Source: Diadema antillarum (Eukaryota). From it: a stretch of 64,000 nucleotides of DNA. This document shows, piece by piece, positions 46,689-58,600 of this stretch. The stretch is from NCBI RefSeq assembly GCF_040938485.1, contig NW_027271595.1:434001-498000 (forward strand), read 5' to 3'. The stretch's first letter is position 1. Each line of letters begins with the position of its first letter. The translations under genes were made by a program, and so were the position numbers. The notes beneath the pieces were generated by a model. The model saw nothing but the letters and a program-made list of their open reading frames with translations, was not told where the DNA came from and made no database searches.

Positions 46689-49600
46689 GGGGAGAGATTG
46701 AAGGAGAGCAATTGCACAAATATAGATATGCTGAAATGTTCTATTTGTTTTTATCATTAGACAGCTGTCACAAAGTCATAGGATTCGATGACAATTTTCC
46801 ATTTTATTTCGTGAGTTTACGCAAGAACTCACAGTGAGAGAGCCCGCTCAACGCGCGCGCAGTCATATCGCTTCTTCGCACGTTTTGCACGAGGGGCTAA
46901 GTTCCCTCATCGCAGTCTAAATCCAGTTTTATTCGTCCTTTTAACTGTGCATCTTCGCAATATCTTATCATATTGTGGATTGTTATTATTTATAGCTCAG
47001 TTAGAGCTGACTTTGCTTCGGAAGTGGATTTTTATTCACGAGATATCGCGGGATGGAAATTCCGCTTTCCGCTCCCCCACAGCATACAGCTAAGCCTGTC
47101 GTGGGTGGCACCACTAGTACGAGCGCCCTGCATACAGCTAAGTCTGTCGTGGCGATGGTGACTACAGCCGTGCATCATGAACCCAAGTGTTCGCCGGCTA
47201 GTATTAAGGCTCCAACAAAGAAAGAAGGGAATGGGAAAACCCTTAAAAAACCCACCAAACCGGGCCTAAGTAAGAAGGCAGCCCCCCCTAAAGAGAAGAC
47301 GGACGCGGAGGTGCTTTCCCGCCTTTCTAAACTCGAATCCATGTTTGAAAAGGTCATGGATATACTGCCGTCTCAGCCTACTCGTATCCAACAACAGCAA
47401 CTACGTGCCGGCCATGTTGGCACGGCTTGTACCGCAGAAAACCACGGTGGTGTGCCGTTTGGGGGCATGGATGTGTGTGCTACAGACGATAGTACGCAAG
47501 CACGCGGTACGCTGCACGACGACCACGGCGGCAGCAGCTACAGTGGGGATGAATGCGATTTCCCTGCGGCGGCAGCGGGTTACGCACCCGCAGAGCTCAC
47601 GGGGCAGCCAGTACAAGTGCCATCCTTTGCTGCAAAATTTGCGGTCTCCGCCTGTGTGGGCGACCCTATCAATGACGAATTGGCAAATTCTACAAATTAT
47701 CTCATCTCCCATTGTCTGGAGGAAAAATCTATGGAAGAGTCAGCGGCAAACTACCCAGCACCGAGCAATTGCCCCAACTTACTAGTCCCTAAAGTCAATC
47801 CAGTGATTTGGGATAATGTGACACAGACTACGCGCAGCAGAGACGTTAAGCTGCAGAGAGTACAGAAATCTCTTACCCGCGGGCTGTGTGCGTTCCTACA
47901 AACTCTTCCTACTGACTTGAACGAGGCGCAACAGGACGCACTCGCTTTACTCTGTAATGCCAATTACGAGATGAATTGCCTGAGAAAGGAGCTGATCAAG
48001 CCCGATATGAACGCTGCTTACGCACATCTGTGCAAGCCTACTACGCCCGTGACCGCGTTTCTATTCGGTGATGACTTGGGACAACGTGTAAAAGATCTCA
48101 AGGAGGAGAATAGGGCTGCCTTTAGTGTGGTTAAAGGCCAGGCTAAGAGATCTACTCATCAGCCGTACCACCCATACAAGCGCACGGCCAGCGGTGGATT
48201 CAGCCGGAAGCAATATCGGAGCGCAGGCTGGCTCGCAGCTGGCGATACATCCAGGCCTTTTTTAGGCCAGCAGCAGCGGGGATACAGACATTCAGCCCCG
48301 CACACGCAGACTCGCCCACCTCCAGCTCATGCGCACAACCGGGGGCAGAGCTACTCGACAGCAACCCCAGCCAAGCCAAACACTGTGTCACGGAGAAAGT
48401 AACTGCACTACCCAAGGAGGTAAGTTGCAGGCCTAGCTCTTGTTGTGGAAATACACAATCTACTCACACTGTACAGTCAGTTTTTGACATTGAACATGTA
48501 GATGTTCCATTAGACCTGCCCGTTGGGGGTCGATTGAGGCATTTTAGCAAACAGTGGAATCATATTACCACTGATCCTTTCATACTTGATGCAATTAGCG
48601 GTTACAAACTTGAATTTCAAGAGGCGTATAGCCCACCTCACAGAGGTAAACCGCCTTACCACTACAGAGTGGGTAATGCTGAGGAGAGCAAGATTGACAT
48701 TGAAATTCGAAAACTGGCCGAGAAAGGCGTAATCGAAGAATGCCAGCATGTGGCTGGAGAATTTGTGTCCAATATCTTTACACGCCCAAAGAAAAATGGG
48801 GACATACGCCTAATTTTAGATTTATCGGACCTCAATGACAGTCTGAATGTACAGCATTTCAAAATGGATAACATCCATACGGCTACAACCCTAATTTCCC
48901 CTGGTTGTTACCTTGCCTCAATCGACCTTCGAGATGCCTACTACTCTGTCCCTGTTCACCCCTCATATCGCAAGTATTTGAGATTTGTCTGGCACGAGAA
49001 ATGTTGGCAATTTAAGGTACTCCCCAATGGCCTTAGTACAGCGCCTAGGCTCTTCACAAAGCTTATGAAGCCGGTGTTCGCAAAGCTGCGACAGGCAGGC
49101 CACCTGGTTGTGGGGTATTTAGATGACACTCTCATAATCGGTGAAACTGAATCACAAGCACTAGAAGCGGTGCAAGCAACCACAAAACTGCTCTCTGACC
49201 TTGGTTTTGTCATTCATTCAGAGAAATCCATCCTAGAGCCTCAGCAACGGCTCCAATTTTTGGGGTTTATCTTGGATTCGGAAAGCATGACTATAACGCT
49301 CCCGCATGAGAAATGTCAAAATATCAGGGCAGTATGTGCGGAATTGCTAGGGAAACAAAACCCTACTATCAGGCAGGTGGCGCAGGTCATTGGGAAACTG
49401 ATTGCTACTTTCCCTGCTATTCAATATGGCCCCCTCTTCTATCGTAACCTAGAAAGAGACAAAATTCTTGCACTAAAATCAAGCAAAGGGCATTTTGATC
49501 GACCTATGAATTTGTCTGAAGCTTCTAAACAGGAGTTAATGTGGTGGTTCAATAACATTCACTGCCAGTCGGCACCAATTAGTCGAGATCGGCCAGCTTT

Positions 49601-52600
49601 AGAGCTACGTACTGACGCCAGTGGGCAAGGATGGGGTGCCACTGATTTAAGCAGTGAAACTGGCGGTAGATGGGATGATCAGGAGATAGTGCATGCTCTA
49701 AACAATGAAATCAACTATCTTGAAATCTTAGCTGCAGGGCTTGGTTTGAAGTCATTTTGCGGCCACCTGCATGATACACATGTGCTCATTAGAACTGACA
49801 ACACAACAGCTGTAGCCTACCTGAACAATATGGGAGGCATTAAATCTCGAGCCTGCGACAGGGCAGCACGAGACATTTGGGTTTGGTGTAAGGAAAGGAA
49901 TATCTGGATCACAGCAGCCTATTTACCAGGTCGTGACAATACAGAAGCAGACAGGAGATCTCGTCATTTTAATGACAGAACAGAATGGATGCTGAATAAG
50001 AAAGTTTTTACTGATATCACTAAGAAATGTGGTACTCCCCAAATTGATCTTTTCGCGTCCAGACTCAATAAGCAGCTGCCTGCGTACGTTACGTGGCTGC
50101 CTGACCCAGATGCGGTTTCTGTGGATGCATTCACTCTGAATTGGGGTGATCTGTATTTCTACGCATTCCCTCCTTTCTGCCTCATCCCCAAATGTCTCCA
50201 AAAAATAGAAAACGACAAGGCACATGGTCTCTTGATTGTCCCAAACTGGCCTACGCAAGCGTGGTTTCCTCGCATGAGGAGAATGCTTAAAGATGAACCA
50301 CTCTTAATTCCTAGACACAGGAATTTGATTACGCAACCAGTATCTGGGGAACCGCACCCTTTACACGCTTGCCTTGATCTGTTATGTTGCAGGTTTTGAA
50401 GCTGCCGTTCGAGAACTCTGGCATGAGCAGCAGAACGGTGGACATCTTGGCAGCATCTTGGAGGGCATCAACCCAAAGACAATATTGTACATATATAAGG
50501 AAATGGAGAAAGTTTTGTACACTTAAGAAGGAAAGTCACCTTCATGCCAAGATTAATTTTGTTTGGAGTTTTTTACACACATGTTTTATGAAGAGAACTT
50601 GAGCTATTCAGCTATTAACTCAGCACGGAGTGCACTTGCTACCTTTCTAGTGTTAGAGGATGAACAATTTACTGTCAGCACTCATCCGCTTCTCTCTCGT
50701 TTTATGAGAGGTGTGTTCCAGCTCAGGCCCCCAAGGCCGCGGTATTCGGAAATTTGGGACGTGAATATTGTTTTTAGATATTTGAGAAGTCTAGCTCCCG
50801 CTAACTCGCTTAGCTTGAAGCAATTAACGATGAAGCTGTGCATGTTACTGGCCTTGATATCCACCCAGAGGGTACAGACTTTGCATTGCCTGAATCTAGA
50901 CAGCATGATTCTCAAACAATCTATGGTGTCATTCAAAGTTAATGAACATCTTAAGCAGTCTAGACCTGGGAATTTTGGATTGGACGTACTTTTGAAAGCG
51001 TACCCCCCAGACAGACGTTTGTGTGTAGTTACATACATTAAGGCCTACCTTCGGAGAACCAAAGAGATCCGAGGAGAGGAAAGTCATCTCTTCATTAGTT
51101 TTCGCAAGCCTTTCAAGAGAGTAACGGCACAGACAATTTCTCGATGGATCAAAGAAATCATGACTGGCGCTGGCATTGACACCACAATGTTCAGTGCACA
51201 TTCAACCCGAGCAGCATCTAGCTCAGCAGCAAACAGGGCGGATGCACCTATTCCTCTGATCCTCGCAAAAGCAGGCTGGTCAAAAGAACGAACATTCCGT
51301 AAATTCTACGACAAACCTCTACAAGAAGAGGGACAGTGCCTGTCACAACTCATTGTGAGGGAATAATGGCCTCAGACCAAGGTAATTTGAGCTTACATTT
51401 TGCTTGCCATTGTGCATGCTTGAGTTTGTTCAGTTGGAACAAATGTGACTTCTGTGCTACAAAATCTCACTGTGAGTTCTTGCGTAAACTCACGAAATAA
51501 AATAGAAAGATTAAACGAGAACTTACCTGTTTGAAGTTTGATCTTTATTTTATGAGGGAGTTGGAGAAAGAATTCACAGTCCCTCCTCTCCCTTCCCATG
51601 GCATGAATACTATTACAAAATGTATAGATCAACTTCAAGTAAGTTCTCAATCTTTCCACTCTGACAGAAGTCACATCTTGTTGCTACGAAGTATGACTGC
51701 GCGCGCGTTGAGCGGGCTCTCTCACTGTGAATTCTTTCTCCAACTCCCTCATAAAATAAAGATCAAACTTCAAACAGGTAAGTTCTCGTTTAATCTCTCT
51801 ATTATGCTCTGTACACTCGGTTGTACCCAAGCTCTGTGATAACCAGCAGTTAGTTTATGTAGGGACTTCATCCAATAAAATTCATCCCAGTTCTCTAGAC
51901 ATCTCTATCATCTGTGTCTGATCTGTTGCCCCTCCTTCAGAACTTGTTTTCTTGTGGTAGAGTGGTGCTGCTTTTCACCAATGAGGAGGACATTGTGCTG
52001 GAGGAAGCTGGACAGATCTTTGATGTAGAGACCCAGGAGCGACGGCCGTGTGATGTCAAAGTTGTGACCGATGTCGGTGATTTCACCAGAAATGTTCTGA
52101 TGTTCAGAATCAGATCTACGATGAGCATGAAGTGCCACTACCAACAAAAGACAGGTATGATCATGCTGCTCTAACAGCAGGTGGGATTGTTGATATTGCA
52201 TTGAAGTATCATTGTATTTCTCCTTTTTTTTGGGGGGGGGGGGGGTAGGTGTGGTGGGGAACTTTCTTTCTGTTAGGAATACTTTAAGATCATTACTGTG
52301 TGCTAAATTTAGAAGGAAATATGAAATATATATGGTGTGAATTATATATTTTGTTTAAATACCTGATGATCATTTGTGTAAGATAAAAGTGATTGATTAT
52401 TAACCGCAAATTGTAAAGTTTGAGCCCTGACCTGTAAGACATTTAAATATATCTTTTCATGTGACATTATATGCAGATGCTATACATGGGCTGAGATTTG
52501 GTATTTCTTTGGGACAGGAATTAACTAAGGGCTGTCTGACATGCCACTTATGGGAAATCATGCCTTTCAACAATGTGATTCTACAGAGCCTTGGATGAAC

Positions 52601-55600
52601 CAAATGATATTAACAATGAGTCTGCGACAGTACTAAACAGAAGTAAAAAGGTGATGTGACATCGGTGATATGCAATCAGGTTGATCTGTCATAATGCTGT
52701 TGTTTATTTCAAACTCACTTTGTAAACTTGTCTTTAAATGAAATGTATTTGTTTCAAGCCTGAATGGAGGATTCACAAAATTGCATTCTTAGAATGATAT
52801 TGTAATGTAATTGCTAAAATGTTTGTGTGTCTTACATCCAGTCAGTACGGATGTACATTCATTGGATCATATTGTGTCTTTAATGCCATGCAGAGTTGCC
52901 AGATGTGTTTCTGTCACAGTACGCTCTCCTGAAGAACCAGCTGCAGTCCCCCACCACCCTATACCAGATCCAGGAAACAAGCATCCTTGTCAGTAATGGC
53001 TCTCCGCCATCTTCCTCCAGTGGTGGCAGTGGTGATGATGGTGCCGTGGTGATGGGGCCGGTATCCCCCGGGAACCGCATCCAAGATATACTCCAGCATA
53101 AGCAGGATGAAGGAGAGGATGATGGGTTTGGGGTGGCAGGAGGCAAAGGCGGGGCTGGAAAGAAGAACAAGAAGGTCAAAGTTGAGGGCCAGGTAATTAT
53201 CAGGCACCATTCCAATTCATTACTATATTCTCGGTGAGAACTGCGAGACTCATTTTGGCTGCTGGTGGCATGTTAAATCAGTGTGTTTGTTCAGGTTGTT
53301 GATACACACACACACATAAGCAAAGTAATACCATTTCATCATGATTTTAAGCCAATTGTAACTTTGTAACTGCAACATTTAAATTTTTCTGAGCAAAGTA
53401 ATATCTCTATTGATTGCCATTTTATAGATGTCATCCACTCACCTAAAGCGGCTAGAAATGAATGATGAGAATTTTCAAAGGATGATATCTTATTTCATGA
53501 ATTTGTAAATTTAAGAGTTCAGTGCATATATAAGAAGTGACTGTAACCAACCTTCATCTTCATCATGCAGATGGAATGGACAGTTTATCATTGTGTTTTA
53601 TTATTGTTGTGATTATGATGATGATGGTGGTGATAGTAGTAACATAAGTGATGGTGATGACAGTAGTAATTCTATCTTAACCATTACCATCATTACTAGC
53701 ACAATATTATGTGTTGATTGAAGATTTACAATTATCATCATCATCATTGTCATCGTTTGCCATTTAGGTTCTAGATGTGGAAATTCTATTCAGAACTGGT
53801 ACAGCACAGAACCAGGAAGAAGACGCACATGTGCCTATAGTACAGTACCAATCCTGTACGTTTGTCTTCTAGCATTCAACCTACTTCTATGTATTTATAT
53901 TTTTTGCCATTTCCCAGGCATTTGAGTTGTAGCAGTAAAGGGAAATTACCTCAATGTTTTGTTTCTGCAGAAATATTAGTTGTATCAGTAGAGTGTGAGG
54001 ATAATCCAATAGTTTGTACAAAAGCTATGAATCCTTAAAGTTTTGGTTAAATCCATGTACCATCATAACTAGATAAGATGACTAATGAATGGTACACCAA
54101 TATGTGATTTCAGAGTTTGGCAATAATGTAAAGAAAATACAAAAAGACTTCAACACATTTCTATTTTTCTAGCATGATGACAGGGCACTTGACTTGCTTG
54201 TACATCTTTTACAAGACGGGGAAATGATAGTACTCCTAACACCTGTCAGTAACAAGTTGAAGGAATGTGTACATTTCTTATAAGGTGTCATTTTGTTGAA
54301 TATCTGTACATTTTCTTTTTATTATTCTACTGTTGAGGCAAAGTATTTGCTCTGGGATTGCCATCTTATGATATACTCATCATAAGAAATGTCTTGGACA
54401 TTGCAATGAATATTAGCATGGATGTTATGGAATCAAAATTTGAGATTTGAGATTCAGAATCTGTTTCTTCCTGCTTTCTTGACAAATTTTGGAGCTGCTG
54501 TCTGATTAAATGAGTTAACATTTATTTGGTGTTCATTCAGATGACACCGTATTGATTATTTGAATTTTTAAAGACTTCATACAATCTAAAGCATAGTCTG
54601 CGTGTTATGAATTTTAGACCATGTACTTTTGGGAGTACAATTAAGTAAAGACCAGGTTTCAAGTGATCATGCATTTTTCCCCTTGATGAAGCATTTTTTT
54701 TTTCACTGCACCATAGATCAGGCAGATATGCAAAGTCTGATGATGAGCCTTCCCCTGGATGTTGTTGTCATGGCACCTGCATCAGCACCTGTCTCCCATC
54801 TAGCTCCCATTTTCTTTGAGGGTGTGTGTAGACAGCTGAGAGCCATGGAGATGTGCATAGCAAGGCACTACATGGTAAGGCTTAGACCGATCATACACCA
54901 CTTTCATCCAAGATATGTCTAGTGCTTTTTATCTCAGTGAAAGGGGGCAGAATTGGAATATATACTGCTCATACTTACTTTTTGTTTTGAAATGCCACAG
55001 TTTTCTAAAATGAAGATGTTTGTTTATTTTGCTTTGTAATATGGCATTTTTCAGTCAAGTGGTGGTAGCATAGAGGATCTCAAGCAGGCTGAATTAGTTC
55101 TTTCCCCAATGTAGATGCCTATTCTCTAGCATTTCAGTTTTCTCTATTCCTTTTTTGAACAAATTACTAGTAAAGTGTCCAATGGTTTTAGGTTTGATTC
55201 AAAGTGCAAAAATTAGAGAGAAAGAAAAAAAAAAGGAGAAAAATGTGAATAAAAATTATTAGTATAGCTCCATTTTAAGCTAGCCAGGATGTGACCCACT
55301 CCAGAGGAGGAGAAGAGGGGTGCAGGCTCAGGAGAACAAAGAAATAGAAAAGCTGCTGTAGTCCATATCAACTACTAGAAGCTCCTCCCAATGTAACTGC
55401 AAGACTGTATATAAAATGTTAAACTTCAAAGGACTTGCAAAAGGAGGCTGCTGCATGCATTGAGGATGATGAGGGAAATATTAGAGTGTGTTGTTTTGAT
55501 GAAGGTATTCTATTATTTCTATTCATCTTTCTCTCTATTCTCCCTTCTCCCTCTCTCAGGAACACGATATATGCCAACCCCAGCCGTATCACTTCCAGCC

Positions 55601-58600
55601 TTCCAGCCTGCCCCACCTTATTACTGTTGTCTATCCAGTTGGTGTGAATGATGCAAGTTTAGGTAAGCTAATTTTTTCCCCTTTTTTTCTGTTTTTTGGA
55701 AATGGCATGTTTTGATCACTTTCTCCTGATTCACACAGTGGGAAGAGAGAGTGTGTGTGTATTTGATAGTGGACAAAGCTACTTTGCCTTTATTTGTCTC
55801 TTTTTGCATCCTCTCATGTTTCTACCTTGAAATTAATACAACTTTTATATCCTTTGAGTAGATTCTATATTCTATGATACCTGTACCATTTATATCACAT
55901 TTGTTTGTTGGTTTTTTTTTCTTTCACAAAGGTATTGAGACCTGACTCTCAAACTGCATTGAGATTACTCACACTTCCATACACAGCAAATTTGCAGTTT
56001 ATGTGATATTACTCCAGCAAGCATCTCCAAGTGGTAAAATCACTGCATATTTCTTTGCCGTTGTTGTTTCTACCTGACCCCAAAGTGTCCACCAGGCAGT
56101 CCCTACACCAGCAGTTCATCCTCCCACTGGACAGGCCCCTGCTGAGGAGGTGTAATGCGTTCGTCTTTCCAGAGGACAGCAAGAGTCGGGTCTACCTCAT
56201 GAATACCCATGTGGGGCTGTCCCCCTCCGGAGGTGAGAATTGAGCAGAGTGGATGCACCCTTTTGAGTCATGTTTGTGAGATGAAGTCGTGGGATTCAGC
56301 TGTCACAGTTTTTATATTTGATACCTATGCAACCTTGCTGTATCGTAATTTACTAACCTAAGGTTTTGATATTGCTAACTTACATGTCATTTATATAGAT
56401 TCTCCAAGACCAAGCCCTGACAGTCATATACTGTAAAGCAAGATATTTTCGCGGCATGAAATTTTTCACAAATTGGAGCCAATGGCCTATTTCGATGCCT
56501 GAAATTTCCGCAACTTGCCACTTGCATTAAATGCATGTAGTGTAGACAAAAACTTCACATGCATTTTGATTTTGAAGATTTTGACTTTTGCAAAATTCAC
56601 CAAGTTGAAATGCACTTGAACATTTCTGGTTTTACAGTAGTCATGATTTTTTTTTTAGCTTCTGTCAAACGGCACAGATTTTCTGTAAATAATGAATTAT
56701 CGTTTTGGTGCTTTTGCTCAAGATAAAAGTTTCTCTAAAGATGAGTTTTCAGCAATATGATTTCCTTCTTTCTCTAACCTCCGTCCTCTCTTCCCTCTCC
56801 CCTTCCAATCATCCCCTCTAGTGGCTGGTGGAAAGCAGTCCATCGTCTTTGGCAACTACACTTACCACCACTACATGCAGGACCACTTTAATGACGACAA
56901 GTGGGGCTGTGCCTACAGATCATTGCAGACGCTGTGTTCCTGGTTCAAGTTACAGGTGAGCTGTGCCACTGTGGTATAGAGAGTGATATGTTGTTTAAGT
57001 GTGTAGTATTCAAAACAGCCTGTCTTTCCAACACAAATCACCAAACTAGGCGTCTCAGCAATTAATTGCATATTTCTCACCAAGAGTGGTGATATGAAGT
57101 CCACAATTTTCACATCTTTTCTTCTTCTTTTTATTAGTGGAAAAATGAGCAAAGAAAATGGGATTCCGTAGGGATTCAAACCCAAGACCTCCGGATTGCT
57201 AGCCCGGCGCTCTACCAACTGAGCTATAGAAAGTCCTAGTTCAGTGTTCGTCCCAGAAACCCTAAATTCTCAATGCTTGAATATTCAGAAGCTATAGCAG
57301 TGTGTATGTGTGTGACACACATGTACACATTTAAACCTGCCATAAACGTGAAGGATAATTCAACTTGGGTATAAATGCAAGGGATCACTGAAGTGATGCA
57401 GCTTTTTGAGTATGTAACAAATGCAAACAGAAGGAAACTGACCAGAAATGAATATAATTTATTAGTGGAGAAATGAGCAAAGAAAATGGGATTCCATTGG
57501 GATTCGAACCCGAGACCTCCGGATTGCCAGCCCATTGCTCTACTGACTGAGCTATCTTTTTTTTTTTAGTGCAATACTGTCCAAGCTGGTGAAGTGTTAC
57601 CGTGAATTCTTACATAGAAATAATTTTTGATCCATAATGATAACATGTATAATATTTCTCAGTTCCTAGAAATATAGAATGTTATTTTCTTTTTAATGCA
57701 ACCTTCCCCTTCCCTTGACTGAATGACAGATGATGCAATGGTAGTAGATGAAAACTAAAAGATATGAACAATGTGTCGTGTACCATTGATAATAATTCAA
57801 AAAATATTCAAGATCATAAATATGCTCCCTATCTGTTTGATTGTTGGTTTGTTATTTTGCAAAAAATTGTGTGTAGTTGCTAAATGGAGATAAATTTGAT
57901 TTTCATATTCGACCAGGGTTATGTAGACCACACCATCCCCACCCACAAGGAGATCCAACAAGCATTGGTGGATGTTGGTGACAAGCCAGCCAAATTTGTC
58001 AGCTCTCGGCAATGGATCGGCTCCATTGAAGTTGGCACTGTGCTCAACCAGCTCCTAGGGGTAAGAAACAAAAAGCAAGAAACAAACAGAAACAAAGAGA
58101 ACACACATGCAAAACAACAATGCAGCCATAAAAAAAAGAACAGTACATAGAGAGGAGACTATTCGGTATGATTAATTCACCTCAGGTTAGGTAAATTCTG
58201 TTAATTAGTTCAAGATCTCATTCTTGAAATCTAATCCCAAGATTGAGCCAGCTGATAGACAGTGAGCATGTGGTTTTGTCTTTTAACCAGTGTATATTAT
58301 ACTTGACAGTTCACAGGAAATAATCTAGTCTGATTGCTACAGTGGACTCCCGTTATAACAAAGTCCTCGGAACCGGCAGATTTCTTTTGTTATCTCAGAA
58401 TTTCGTTATAACTAAACAAATAAACAATAAAAATATATAGAGTGGATAATGAATAGATGCGGCCTGAATTTTTACTTCGTTGTAACCGGAATTTCGTTAT
58501 AACTGTGTTCGTTATAACGGGAGTGCACTGTACTTGGTCATACTCTTGTACAGGCTGGAAGGGAGAGATACTCCCTCATCACTCTGACCAGACGAATAAT

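Larger units (their letters stand above)
46801..51803 (+). mobile_element. DIRS1-type tyrosine-recombinase retrotransposon, full length, in UFSP2 intron 3
   Basis: Left ITR 46801-46867; right ITR plus extension 51692-51803; ICR 51465-51580 complementary to both termini; ATT at both ends; gag, RT/RH/MT and YR ORFs. Confidence 0.95.

Noticed and set aside
46615-46690. (GA)n tract next to the DIRS insertion as a targeting signal
   Set aside because: It lies ~110 nt from the junction; ordinary microsatellite with no evidence of a link.
57131-57556. Functional tRNA-Ala genes
   Set aside because: Acceptor stems do not pair, B/A boxes are degenerate in one or the other copy, and both share a non-tRNA tail.
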